Origin: an uncultured Verrucomicrobiae bacterium
GTDB taxonomy: Bacteria > Verrucomicrobiota > Verrucomicrobiia > Limisphaerales > J093
Direction of reading: 5' to 3'
DNA length: 64,000 nucleotides
Assembly (NCBI GenBank): GCA_963846445.1
Contig: CAWJWM010000015.1
Span: forward strand, 20,043-84,042
Shown: positions 1 through 9,418 of the stretch, one piece after another
Position numbering within the stretch: the first letter of the stretch is position 1
Layout of the letters: each line of letters opens with the position of its first letter
Notes under the pieces: model-generated
Database searches by the model: none
What the model saw: the letters and a program-made list of their open reading frames with translations, nothing else
Told to the model about the DNA's origin: nothing
Program-made: the position numbers and the translations under genes

Positions 1-1195
1 GTAGCATGCCGCGCTGCACTTCGGTGACCGGCGCCTTTGCCACCTCTGACATCACGAACAAGTTCAGTCCTACCGGTGGCGTCAGCATGGCAATCTCGAT
101 CCCTACGATCATGATGATGGCGTATTGTACCGGATCAACGCCAAGGGCGTGCAGAATGGGAAGCGTCAGCGGCAGTGTGATCAGAATGATTGAATAGCCC
201 TCAAGTACAGTGCCAAGAACCAGAAGTATTCCGGCCATGACGAAGAGAAACTGCGTTGCTGAAAGTTCCAGGCCGGTGACGAGTTCGGCCAGTCGCACGG
301 CCAGTCCATTGCGCGTCAGCCAAAGCGACAGCAGGTTGGCCCCGGCGATGATCAGCAATATCGCCGCCGTTCGGGAAATGCCTTGTACGAGAACTTCCGG
401 AACCGCTCGGAGTTTCAAAGACCTGTAGACGAAGACGCTTACCAAGAGTGCCACTGCAGCTGAAAGCGCGGCGGCTTCTGTTACCGTAACGAAGCCCCCA
501 TAAATCCCGCCGAGCACAATCAGCGGAACTGCCAGCGCCGGAAGCGCGTGAAAGTTCACCCGCGCGAACTCAGGCCAACCAGCGAAGGGGATCGGTTTAC
601 CGCCCTGTCCGCGTGCCAAAAGCATGATAACCATGGCGAACAGCGCTACCTGTATTGCGCCCGGAACTACCCCTGCAAGAAAAAGCCTGGGAATCGAGGT
701 TTCCGACATCAGGCCGTAAATCACCAGCGGCATTGACGGCGGGATAAGAATTCCAAGCGTCCCGGCGGCAGCGGTTACGCCTAGCGCGAAGGGGCGCTTA
801 TAGCCGTGCTCCAGCATTTCCGGCACAACCATCGTGCCCATCGCCAACACTGTTGCCACGGAAGAGCCGCTGATCGCCGAAAACATAGCCGTGGCCATTA
901 GTGCCGCCAATGGAATGCCACCCGGCAATCGCCCTATCCAGCTTGCGGCCATAAGGATAAGCGCGCGCGCAATCCCGCCCCCCTGAATGAACCCGGCGGC
1001 GATCACGAAGAACGGGACCGCCATGAGCGTCGCCGAATTCATATGGTCAAGTACGGTTTGGGCAATGCCGGCGACAGATCCGCCATCTAAAAGCAACAGC
1101 ACGACCCCGAGGCCCATAAGAACGATGTAGATCGGAATTCCGAGCGCCAAGAGCCCAAGCAACCCGGCAATTCCAATGACGACCTCACTTCCCAT
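1..1195 (-). CDS. dctM: TRAP transporter large permease subunit (DctM family); 3' end runs off the window
   Basis: Absent from the ORF track because there is no stop inside the window. Reverse-strand translation from ATG (1195-1193) reads MGSEVVIGIAGLLGLLALGIPIYIVLMGLGVVLLLLDGGS... and stays open and polytopic-hydrophobic to position 1. Starts 13 nt after the dctQ stop, in dctP-dctQ-dctM order. Confidence 0.85.
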   Translation of the reverse strand, partial: MGSEVVIGIAGLLGLLALGIPIYIVLMGLGVVLLLLDGGSVAGIAQTVLDHMNSATLMAVPFFVIAAGFIQGGGIARALILMAASWIGRLPGGIPLAALMATAMFSAISGSSVATVLAMGTMVVPEMLEHGYKRPFALGVTAAAGTLGILIPPSMPLVIYGLMSETSIPRLFLAGVVPGAIQVALFAMVIMLLARGQGGKPIPFAGWPEFARVNFHALPALAVPLIVLGGIYGGFVTVTEAAALSAAVALLVSVFVYRSLKLRAVPEVLVQGISRTAAILLIIAGANLLSLWLTRNGLAVRLAELVTGLELSATQFLFVMAGILLVLGTVLEGYSIILITLPLTLPILHALGVDPVQYAIIMIVGIEIAMLTPPVGLNLFVMSEVAKAPVTEVQRGML

Positions 1196-1210
1196 GGTCA
1201 CCCAGTCCCT

Positions 1211-1777
1211 TCAATATTCGTGTTTGCCAAACTCGTCGCGCAACTGCCCGGACAAGGTTTTCGCGGTCCGAACCACGAGGTGAAAAGCAAGGAGCAACGT
1301 TCCGACCGGCAGAGACGCATAATACACCCAAAGCGGCAGGCGAAGTGTCGATGCGGTCCGTTCATCCCACTGATAGGCCTGTTCAACGACAAGAATGCCG
1401 GACCACATCAGGAACGACGCCAAGGCAATGCCTGCTACGCCGGCGATGACGATCAAAATCAGGCGCGCCGGGGCCGGCAGTATGGCAAGCAAGGTGTCAA
1501 CTCGCACGTGCCCGCCTTGCCCGGCTGTCCGCGCGCCCGCAAGAAACGTTGCCCAGATCGTAAGGAAGATGGTGACGTCGAAGGCCCAATCTAGTGTTAC
1601 CTCGGCCAGAAGGTAGCGAGCCGTCATTGCAGCGCATGCGAGAATGAGCGCGGCTGCCGCAAGAGCGGCGATCAGCGCCTTTTCTGCGGCATCAATTGCA
1701 GCGAGAACACGGTTCATTGAATGATCTCCGAAAAGCGCACTCTGCCGCGCCAGATATGTCGGCGCGGACAGGTTCAT
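1211..1777 (-). CDS. dctQ: TRAP transporter small permease subunit (DctQ family)
   Basis: 188-aa ORF of small-permease size with about 4 hydrophobic helices, lying between dctP and dctM. The true start is probably the internal Met (MNRVLAAIDAAE..., nt 1717). Confidence 0.8.
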   Translation of the reverse strand: MNLSAPTYLARQSALFGDHSMNRVLAAIDAAEKALIAALAAAALILACAAMTARYLLAEVTLDWAFDVTIFLTIWATFLAGARTAGQGGHVRVDTLLAILPAPARLILIVIAGVAGIALASFLMWSGILVVEQAYQWDERTASTLRLPLWVYYASLPVGTLLLAFHLVVRTAKTLSGQLRDEFGKHEY

Positions 1778-1781
1778 TTCG

Positions 1782-2816
1782 TCAGTTCAGCTTGGCTATC
1801 TCGCTCTGGGCGAGTGCAACGATTTCCGCGTCGACGCCGAGCTGCGCAGCAATCTCTGGCGCAAGTGCAAGAAGCCGCGCGTTGACTTCGGCCAGTTCAG
1901 CCGGATCGGGCACATGTATAACGACTCCATTGGCCGCATTTTCTTCTGCCGCGGCAGCTTGGCGACGCATGGCTTCGACACGTTCGTCGCCGATCACACT
2001 GTCCCACGCTTCTTTGAACGCCTTCTGATGCGCTTCGCTCAGGCCGTCCCAGAACTTCTTGTTGACCAGCGGAATGTAGTAAAGAACTGAAACTTGGTCG
2101 ACGAAGACCGATTTCACACCCGCCTCGAAGAGTTTTGCCGAGCGCAGGGTCTCATTCGTAGTCAGAAGGGCGTCGATGGTCCCCTGTGACAGCGCTAGCG
2201 GAACGTCAGGGAAAGGAATCGATACACCTTCGGCCCCAAGTGCCTTGTAGCGCGCAATAAACCCGGCTCCACCGGGCACACGAATCCGAGCGCCCTTGAA
2301 ATCGGCAAAGCTGGTAAGCGTTTTCCCGGCGCCAAATGTATTGGTGAAGCCCAGCAAGAACCATCTTCCCGGCACAACCAGCCCGAGCTTGCTTTCGATG
2401 TTGGCGGCCATAGCGCTCCCGAGTTCGCCATCAACAAGTTGGTTCACCTGTTCGGGCGACCGGCCAGAAAACAGCGGCAAATCGAGCAAGTTCATGTTCG
2501 AAACGAATGCCGCGATCGAAGAGTTTGTCGTTACCGACATCTCGATGTCACCTTGCGCAACGGCTTTGGGCTCATCGCGCGCGGCGTAAAGCTGTCCAGA
2601 TTCGAAAAGCTCTCCGACCAGCTCATTTGATGTTGCTGCGGCCAGCCTCTCCATGAATACGCGCAACGTTATGTTGCGAATATGGTTTGGGCCGGTGTCG
2701 ACCGAAATCCGAAATTTCGTTTCGGCGGCGGCAAAGCCAGTCATTGAAGCCAGCGCAATCGTGGCGGTAAGTGCCAACCTTGCTAGGCTGCGGCCATATG
2801 CGGTTAAGTCGGTCAT
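1782..2816 (-). CDS. dctP: TRAP transporter periplasmic solute-binding subunit (DctP family)
   Basis: 344-aa ORF with a signal peptide (LALTATIALASMTGFAAAETKF) and DctP-like sequence throughout. It is the first gene of the dctPQM operon. Confidence 0.85.
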   Translation of the reverse strand: MTDLTAYGRSLARLALTATIALASMTGFAAAETKFRISVDTGPNHIRNITLRVFMERLAAATSNELVGELFESGQLYAARDEPKAVAQGDIEMSVTTNSSIAAFVSNMNLLDLPLFSGRSPEQVNQLVDGELGSAMAANIESKLGLVVPGRWFLLGFTNTFGAGKTLTSFADFKGARIRVPGGAGFIARYKALGAEGVSIPFPDVPLALSQGTIDALLTTNETLRSAKLFEAGVKSVFVDQVSVLYYIPLVNKKFWDGLSEAHQKAFKEAWDSVIGDERVEAMRRQAAAAEENAANGVVIHVPDPAELAEVNARLLALAPEIAAQLGVDAEIVALAQSEIAKLN

Positions 2817-2904
2817 CGTAGCTTCCTCCCAGAAGTTCTGATCGCGGCGGCCTTGCGGCCTTCCCTTCGCCGATGATGGCCGTTTCGCCTATCACCGAAA
2901 GTGG

Positions 2905-2938
2905 CTTGATCTTGTCCGGACAACCAGACAAAATCAAG
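2905..2938. promoter_or_regulatory. Candidate GntR-family operator in the divergent dctP / CoA-transferase promoter region
   Basis: CTTGATCTTGTC-N10-GACAAAATCAAG inverted repeat (11/12 match). It contains a perfect inner palindrome TTGTCCGGACAA (2912-2923). The GT-N-AC core fits GntR/HutC-type operators, and a GntR gene lies 1.3 kb downstream. Confidence 0.45.
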
Positions 2939-2964
2939 CCCAAGTTACTTCAGGAGGTCGATTT

Positions 2965-4164
2965 ATGGGGATGCTCACCGGCGTCAGAATTCTTGCGGTC
3001 GAACTCTACGGCGCTGGCCCGTTCGGGACCCAGGCGCTCGCAGATCTGGGCGCCGAGGTGATCAAGATCGAGAACCCACGCGAAGGTGGCGATGTCACGC
3101 GGTCATTGGGCCCATATTTCAATGAAGGGATGGGGAAAACCGCAGAAAGCCTGTTTTTTCAGGCGATCAACCGCAACAAACGCAGCGTGGCACTCGATCT
3201 GGCCACCCCGGAAGGGCACGCTGCCTTCATGGAAATGGCGCGGGGCGCCGACGCCGTCGCATGCAATTTGCGCGGTGACGTGCCTGCGAAGTTGGGCCTC
3301 ACATATGAAACGCTCTCCACAGTCAACCCGAAGATCGTCTGCGCCTTCCTGTCGGCTTACGGGCGTGAAGGCAGCCGCGCTGCATGGCCTGGCTACGACT
3401 ACATGATCCAAGCCGAAACCGGTTATTTCGCGCTGAACGGTGAGCCCGACTCGCCACCATCGCGTTTTGGCCTTTCCATTGTCGATTTCATGACCGGCTA
3501 CTGCATGGCCTTGTCCTTGGTTGCGGGCGTCATGGCCGCGCGCGAACATGGCAAGGGGCGCGATCTTGATGTAACCCTTTACGACGTTGGCTTGGCAAAC
3601 CTCAATTACCTCGCCGCTTGGAGTGCCAACGCCGGGTACGAACCAGAGCGCATCGCCCGCTCGGGCCACCCTACGCTGGTTCCGTGTCAGTTGTTCCGCA
3701 CCAAAGACAGCTGGATCTATATCATGGCCAATAAGGAAAAGTTCTTTCCGGCGCTTTGCGCGGCACTAAATCGGCCTGCCTTGGCTACCGACGCGCGCTT
3801 CGCCGGCTTTCCCGAACGTCGTGCGAATCGCGCGGCCTTGTCCGACTTGCTCGATGAGGCCTTCGGCGCGCGCACCACAGCGGAATGGCTCGATCTGCTT
3901 GCCGGCGTGGTTCCTGCAGCACCCGTCGCGCGAATGGCCGAGGCGTTGAACTCGGCCTTCACCGCGGAAAGGAACATGATTGCAGATCTGACCGCAGCAA
4001 ATGGCACGACGGTCAAGGTTGTCGGCTCGCCATTTGGCGCGGGCGAGTCTGTCGCTCCTCGCGCGGCCCCCATTTTGGGACAAGACACGGAGGCGTTGCT
4101 TTTGGAGGCAGGGTATGATCCATCCCGGATTGAAGAATTGCGCAGGCGCGGCATCGCCATATGA
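2965..4164 (+). CDS. Class III CoA-transferase (CaiB/BaiF family)
   Basis: 399 aa. The N-terminus GVRILAVELYGAGPFGTQALADLGAEVIKIENPREGGDVTR is the family III CoA-transferase signature, and length is typical. Confidence 0.85.
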   Translation: MGMLTGVRILAVELYGAGPFGTQALADLGAEVIKIENPREGGDVTRSLGPYFNEGMGKTAESLFFQAINRNKRSVALDLATPEGHAAFMEMARGADAVACNLRGDVPAKLGLTYETLSTVNPKIVCAFLSAYGREGSRAAWPGYDYMIQAETGYFALNGEPDSPPSRFGLSIVDFMTGYCMALSLVAGVMAAREHGKGRDLDVTLYDVGLANLNYLAAWSANAGYEPERIARSGHPTLVPCQLFRTKDSWIYIMANKEKFFPALCAALNRPALATDARFAGFPERRANRAALSDLLDEAFGARTTAEWLDLLAGVVPAAPVARMAEALNSAFTAERNMIADLTAANGTTVKVVGSPFGAGESVAPRAAPILGQDTEALLLEAGYDPSRIEELRRRGIAI

Positions 4165-4200
4165 CGTCAAGCGGCGCAAGTAGCCGACGAAAGCAGAGTC

Positions 4201-4938
4201 ATGACAGTAGGGGCGGGGTCACTTTTCAAACAGATTGCGCAATCAATTGGAGATGCAATCGAAACGGGATCGATCGCGGTCGGCGAAATGCTTCCATCCG
4301 AGAAGGCCCTGGCGCTTCGCTATGGCGCAAGCCGCCACACCATTCGCGATGCGCTCAGTGAACTGCGCGCCTTGGGGCTTGTTGAAAGCAGGCAAGGCAA
4401 AGGTTCAATCGTCGTCAAAGCGCGCCGCCAGTCCAGCTACGCGCAGTCGTATTCCTCTATCGAGGAGCTTACGCGGTTTGCATCCGGCACACCGATCCAT
4501 CCGATTGAGGTTGACGACGTGATCGCCGACCAGGCGCTCGCAGGCGATCTTCATTGTGGCGTCGGGCAGTCTTTCGTTCGTATATTGGGGCTTCGTTACG
4601 GCGAAGACGATACCGCGTCGGCGCCCTCCGGATATGTCGAAGTCTATGTTGATGCCAGTTTAAGCAGAATCCGCGCGCACCTGCAGAACTTGAAGACCTC
4701 GATCGCTGAGACTTTGGAGCGGCTCTATAATCTGCAAATTTTCCGTATCGAGCAGGAAATTGCTTTGGTTCTACTTTCCGATGCGATCGCGAAGCACCTG
4801 AAGGTTGAAACAGGTACGCCGGCAATGCTTATCCGGCGCAGGTACGCCGCGGAAAACGGCCGCGTCGTGGAAACCGCATTCAGCTATTATCCGATCGGGC
4901 AGTTCGAATATCGAAACGTGCTGCTTCGTAACAAATAG
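4201..4938 (+). CDS. GntR-family transcriptional regulator (HutC/FarR subfamily, UTRA-type effector domain)
   Basis: 245 aa with an N-terminal winged HTH (EKALALRYGASRHTIRDALSELRALGLVESRQGKGSIV) followed by a roughly 150-aa effector domain. Confidence 0.8.
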   Translation: MTVGAGSLFKQIAQSIGDAIETGSIAVGEMLPSEKALALRYGASRHTIRDALSELRALGLVESRQGKGSIVVKARRQSSYAQSYSSIEELTRFASGTPIHPIEVDDVIADQALAGDLHCGVGQSFVRILGLRYGEDDTASAPSGYVEVYVDASLSRIRAHLQNLKTSIAETLERLYNLQIFRIEQEIALVLLSDAIAKHLKVETGTPAMLIRRRYAAENGRVVETAFSYYPIGQFEYRNVLLRNK

Positions 4939-6080
4939 CCACGATCAAGATTGATCTTACCGCGTCAGCACGTTCAGCAATTTCCAACCATCCCGCCTGC
5001 ATGATCACCGCGATGCCGTGCCCCGCTTTCAGAATGCCTTGCGCCGCGCCGATGCGCATCCAGTGGCCGCTGAAGTCGGCGACGTCGGCAGCATGACGCG
5101 CCGCGTCGACGGTCACACACGCCCGCGACACCCCCCTCAGCAAGGGCCGCAGCAAGAGCACCGCGAAGTGGTCCGCCGGATCGGTCCAATATTCTTCGGC
5201 CATCCAGCCCGTCGCCTGCAAGAGCGCCATCAGCCCTTCGCGCGTGAATTTGTGGCTGTTTTCGGTATGCAGGCTTTCGCCTGCGCGAAAACGGAACGTG
5301 CGGCCCGCAAGCGCCACAACCTGATCCGACTGGCTCACAAGGTGCATTTCAATGCGCGCATCCGCCGCATTCCACCTTGCCTCGTGGCGAAATGCCGCGA
5401 GGTCGAAATTTGCAGCAGCCTCGCGGTTCAGCCGTGCCAGCAGGTTCAGGTTGAAGGCGGCGGTCACGCCCTGCGCGTCGTCATAGGCGCGCAGCAGCAC
5501 GCCGGTGTCTTTCACCAGATCGACGCCCAGCACAAAACCCGCAACGCGCGGCATGCCGCGCAGGCGCAAAAGCAGATCGTGCGCCTGCACCGGATCAAGG
5601 TTGCCCAGCGTGGAGCCGGGAAAGAACAACAGCTTTTCGGTTTGCACGATATGGCGCGGCAGACGCGATGGGCGCCATGAAATCGGCAACCACCGGGTCC
5701 ACCACGATACCGGGAAGATCGCTGGCAACGCTGGCTGCCGTCTGCGCCAGAAACTCCGCTGAAATATCGATCGGCACATAGCGCGTCAGCCGGTTCTGGC
5801 CCGAAAGCAGAATGCGCGTCTTGACGCTGGCTCCGCTGCCAAGCTCGACAAGCGCTGTGCCCTCGGCCACGGCGGCGCAAATCTCGGCTGCGCGGGCGCG
5901 CAATATCGCGATCTCGGTGCGCGTCGGGTAGTATTCCTCAAGCCGGGTGATTTCTTCAAAAAGCTCGCTGCCCGGTTGATCGTAGAACCACTTGGGCGAG
6001 ATCGCCTTTTGCGCCAGCCCAAGCCCTGCAAGGGCATCCTCCAAGAGCGCGGGGTTTGCGATATTGGAATGGTCGAACAT
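4880..6080 (-). CDS. egtD: L-histidine N-alpha-methyltransferase EgtD (ergothioneine synthesis), broken by apparent indels
   Basis: The start ATG at 6080 lies 2 nt after the egtB stop. The N-part (MFDHSNIANPALLEDALAGL...YVPIDISAEFL...VVADFMAP) is in the frame of ORF 5595..6431. The C-part (EKLLFFPGSTLGNLDP...RAYDDAQGVTAAFNLNLL...IEMHLVS...TENSHKF...WTDPADHFAVLLLR) is in the frame of ORF 4880..5779, with the switch near 5655-5675. The roughly 90-aa tail after ...LLLRP follows a C6 run (5131-5136). One base fewer there gives a stop at about 5113, the expected EgtD end. Confidence 0.8.
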
Positions 6081-6082
6081 GG

Positions 6083-7336
6083 TCACGCGTCCTTCGCAAG
6101 CCGCAGGCCGAGCATCTGCCAGCGTTGATGCGGATAGAAAAAGTTCCGGTAGCTTTGCCGCATCTGCGCCAAGGGCGTCGCGCAAGAGCCGCCGCGCAGG
6201 ACAAACTGGTTGACCATGAATTTGCCGTTGTATTCGCCAATCGCCCCTGTCGCGGTGCGAAAACCGGGGTAGGGGGTAAACGGGCTTTGCGTCCATTCCC
6301 AGACGTCGCCCCACATTCCGCCTCCGGCGCGGGGTTGCAGCGCGTCGGTCTCCAGAAAGTTGCCTGCGATGGGGCTCTTGCGCCCGGCCACTTCCCATTC
6401 GGCTTCGGTCGGCAGGCGCGCACCCGCCCACCGCGCGAATGCGTCGGCCTCATAGTAGCTGACATGCACGACCGGCGCGTTCAGATCGACCGGCTCTGCG
6501 CCGTGCAGGGTGAAGGTCCACCACTGGCCGTCCTGCTGCCACCAGTAAAGCGGGTGTTCCCAACCCTCGCGCTTGCGCGCCGCCCAGCCATCCATCAGCC
6601 AGAGCGTCTCGCTTGCATAGCCGCCATCCTGCATGAACGCGATCCAGTCACGATTGCTGACCGGCCGATCCGCAATGGCGAACGCGCTGACAAACATCTG
6701 GTGCCGGGGGCTTTCGCAGTCGAACGCAAATCCGGCGCCATCATGGCCAATCTCGGTCAGCCCGCCGGAGTGCCCGGTAAAGCTCAGCGGCTGCTCGGCG
6801 CCCTGCGGCACCGGCACCGCGTCGCGGTAGGCGGGCAGCAGCGGGTTGTAGGAAAGCGCGTGCAGCAGATCGGTGACGAGCAATTCCTGATGCTGCATTT
6901 CGTGGTGACAGCCGAGCTCGACCAGCCCCGAAATCTCTGCCAGATCGGCCCGGTCCTGCGCCAGCAACGCCTGAATCCCGGCTTCAACCGTCTCGCGATA
7001 CCGCACCACCTCGGCAAACGCGGGGCGCGAGATCAGGCCGCGTTTGTCGCGCGCGTGGCGCGGCCCGGCCTGGACGTAATACGAATTGAACAGCACCGCG
7101 AAGCGGTCGTCGGGCGAGCGGTAGCTGGGCACCCGGGGCTTGAGGATGAACTCCTCAAAAAACCACGTCGTATGCGCCAGATGCCACTTTGTCGGGCTCG
7201 CATCGGTCATCGACTGCAGCATCATGTCTTCGGCGCTCAGCGGTGCCGCGAGCGCATCCGAGCGCGCCCGCGTCGCCGCAAATAGCGCCGCGATGTCGGG
7301 CCGGGGCGTCGCGTTACTCATGTTCTGCTGGTTCAT
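6083..7336 (-). CDS. egtB: Ergothioneine sulfoxide synthase EgtB (DinB-like + FGE-sulfatase domains)
   Basis: 417 aa. Motifs include SPTKWHLAHTTWFFEEF, ELGCHHEMQHQELLVTDLL, GDVWEWTQSPFTPYPGF and LRGGSCATP. Lies directly upstream of egtD. Confidence 0.9.
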   Translation of the reverse strand: MNQQNMSNATPRPDIAALFAATRARSDALAAPLSAEDMMLQSMTDASPTKWHLAHTTWFFEEFILKPRVPSYRSPDDRFAVLFNSYYVQAGPRHARDKRGLISRPAFAEVVRYRETVEAGIQALLAQDRADLAEISGLVELGCHHEMQHQELLVTDLLHALSYNPLLPAYRDAVPVPQGAEQPLSFTGHSGGLTEIGHDGAGFAFDCESPRHQMFVSAFAIADRPVSNRDWIAFMQDGGYASETLWLMDGWAARKREGWEHPLYWWQQDGQWWTFTLHGAEPVDLNAPVVHVSYYEADAFARWAGARLPTEAEWEVAGRKSPIAGNFLETDALQPRAGGGMWGDVWEWTQSPFTPYPGFRTATGAIGEYNGKFMVNQFVLRGGSCATPLAQMRQSYRNFFYPHQRWQMLGLRLAKDA

Positions 7337-7745
7337 CGCAGGCCTCTTCGATGGTCACTTTCGATGGGTCAAAGGCCACGCGCCCCTTCAGGGCAGCGGC
7401 ATCGGGCAGCGGGTCCGCGTAAGACCAGCCAATATCGGCAACCGCAGGCGCCCCGCCGCGCGCGGGCAGCGAGACATAATGCGCCGCACCTTTCAGCGGG
7501 CAAAACGTCGCTTTTTGCGAACGGTCAAGCGGCTCCGTCAGGTCGTCTTCGGGGATGTAGAGCGTCGGGTCGTAGAGATCGTGCCCGACCTCGATCAGCC
7601 GCAGTGCGCGCCGTGTCTCGGCCAGCAGGCGGCCCCGCGCGAAAACGCGCACGCGGGCCGCGACCGGCTTGAGCTTCATGAAATGGCGCGGCTCGTCCGG
7701 GCGATGGATCGTGCCTTTTGCCAGCGTCACGCGATCAGGCGGCAT
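7314..7745 (-). CDS. DUF427 domain protein
   Basis: 143 aa with a DUF427-like pattern (VFARGRLLAETRRALRLIE...LYIPEDDL...FCPLKGAAHYVSL...IGWSYADPLP...GRVAFD). Overlaps the annotated egtB start by a few codons. Confidence 0.65.
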   Translation of the reverse strand: MPPDRVTLAKGTIHRPDEPRHFMKLKPVAARVRVFARGRLLAETRRALRLIEVGHDLYDPTLYIPEDDLTEPLDRSQKATFCPLKGAAHYVSLPARGGAPAVADIGWSYADPLPDAAALKGRVAFDPSKVTIEEACDEPAEHE

Positions 7746-8203
7746 TCAGAACCAACCCCTTTTCCAGATAGTCGGCGTTGCTGCTCAAAAGCCGGGTCAG
7801 CATCTTGCGAAAGCTCGACTTCATCATCGGCACCAGCAAAAGTCCGAGCAGCCCCATCTTCGGCACAAAATCCATCGTCATGGCCACCTCGGTGCGGTTC
7901 GGCGCCAGCGCGCGAAACGCGATCGTCGCCACGGCCTTCTTCAGCGGCATGGTGCCCTCATAAATATCGATGACCATCTTTTGCTGAGGAAAGTACCCGA
8001 TGATCCGCTCGCGAATATAATTCTTGCCGTCCGCCAGATCACATTGACGTGTTGCTCCGGTTCCCGAAGGCGCCGAATTGTTGATCAGCCGCGATGCCTT
8101 CAGGCTCGGGTTGAACCGCGCGATAGCGCCGAAATTGTCCCAGCTAGCCCAGACATCCAGAAGCGGGGCGGTGACTTCTGCGGGTAACGGTGATCTTGGC
8201 CAT
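7735..8203 (-). CDS. SRPBCC (START/polyketide-cyclase-like) family protein with a 5' frame shift
   Basis: The body (AEVTAPLLDVWASWDNFGAIARFNPSL...DIYEGTMPLKKAVATIAF...) is SRPBCC-like. A good RBS (AGGAGG) plus ATG at 8203 encodes MAKITVT in a different frame. Removing one base from the CCC/GGG run (8182-8184) gives MAKITVTAEVTAPLLDVW. Confidence 0.7.
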
Positions 8204-8338
8204 GACGAGCCTCCTGTGTTGGTTTCGGGCGCGCTTTGGCGCGCTCTGTGTTGACAATGTAGCGGATTGCGGAGCAACAAATAGACGAAGAAACTATTAG
8301 AGACGGATCATAAACGATCCACATGAGAGGGCATTGGA

Positions 8339-9220
8339 ATGGCCGCTATTGCAGACTGGGACGGCCTGCGAATTTTTCTGGCCTGCGCCCGCAAGACCAG
8401 CTTGCGCGCGGCAGCCGAAGATTTGCGCGTCAACCACGCGACCATCAACCGCGCGATCAGCGGTCTGGAGCAAGCCCTTGGCACGCGCGTGTTCGAGCGC
8501 TCGGTGGCCGGGCTCACACTGACACAGCCGGGCGAAACCCTGCTTCGACACGCCGAAGAAATGGAGCGGCAGGCGCGTCTCGTCGGCATCAAACTTGCGG
8601 GTCTCGATGCAAAGCCTTCGGGGGTAATCCGGGTCTCGCTGCCAACATCTCTGACCACCACGTTCATCGCCCAGATTCTTGCCGGGTTCACCGAAGCCTT
8701 CCCCGAAATCGACGTCGAGGTGATCGCGACCAACCGCATCACCAACCTTGGCAAGCACGAGGCCGATGTCTCGATCCGTGTTGCGCACGAGGTCGAGGAT
8801 GATGTCGTTGGCCGCCGTGTCGTGCGTTTTGTCGTGGGCGCCTACGCCTCACCCGCCTATCTGGCTCGGCACCCGAACCTTGAAGTCGGCGATGGAACCG
8901 GCGCGCATTGGGTCGGCTGGGGCGGCAAACGCGCCTGGGTCAAGGATACGCCGTTCCCCAACGCGACGGTCCGCCACGGCCTGCCCGAAGTGTTCATGCA
9001 AATGGCCGGTGCGGCAAACGGGCTTGGCATGGTCTGGGTGCCGTGTTTTCTGGGCGATGCCGACAAACGATTGGTGCGTGTGCCCGGGGTTGTGCCGCAG
9101 CCGGACCGGTCGATCTGGGTCTTGCTGCATGGCGATCTGCGCAGCAGCGCGCGGGTGCGCGCCTTTGTCGATTACACGGTTGCCGCAATCAAGAAGGCCA
9201 GCAACCGCTTTACGCGGTGA
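8339..9220 (+). CDS. LysR-family transcriptional regulator
   Basis: 293 aa with an N-terminal HTH (WDGLRIFLACARKTSLRAAAEDLRVNHATINRAISGLEQALGTRVFER) and a LysR substrate-binding domain. Divergent from the SRPBCC gene. Confidence 0.9.
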   Translation: MAAIADWDGLRIFLACARKTSLRAAAEDLRVNHATINRAISGLEQALGTRVFERSVAGLTLTQPGETLLRHAEEMERQARLVGIKLAGLDAKPSGVIRVSLPTSLTTTFIAQILAGFTEAFPEIDVEVIATNRITNLGKHEADVSIRVAHEVEDDVVGRRVVRFVVGAYASPAYLARHPNLEVGDGTGAHWVGWGGKRAWVKDTPFPNATVRHGLPEVFMQMAGAANGLGMVWVPCFLGDADKRLVRVPGVVPQPDRSIWVLLHGDLRSSARVRAFVDYTVAAIKKASNRFTR

Positions 9221-9324
9221 GCGCCGCAAGCGCGCAGCGGGGAAGACGAACAATGTGCCTGTCTGCGCAGCTTCGATGCGCACGCTTGTTCAACAATCTT
9301 GCTAGCGGTTGAACATGCCGCTAC

Positions 9325-9398
9325 GCGCCTTTGTCGATTACACGGTCGCCGCAATCAAGAAGGCGAGCAGCCGCTATACAGGCTGAGCGCCGCGAGCG
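9325..9398 (+). repeat. Degenerate duplicate of the LysR gene 3' end (copy of 9159-9232)
   Basis: GCGCCTTTGTCGATTACACGGT(T/C)GCCGCAATCAAGAAGGC... recurs 166 bp downstream with about 8 mismatches over 74 bp, including the stop-codon region. Confidence 0.8.
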
Positions 9399-9418
9399 GG
9401 CGGGGCAATCGTCTGCGC

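Noticed and set aside
4939-5112. About 90-aa C-terminal extension of EgtD as a fused extra domain
   Set aside because: It begins right after a C6/G6 homopolymer (5131-5136). Deleting one base gives a stop about 9 codons after the canonical EgtD end, so the extension is most likely an indel artefact.
6056-7285. 409-aa ORF on the plus strand
   Set aside because: It is fully antisense to egtB, is Arg/Pro/Gly/Ala-rich, and shows no domain-like sequence. This is a typical high-GC shadow ORF.
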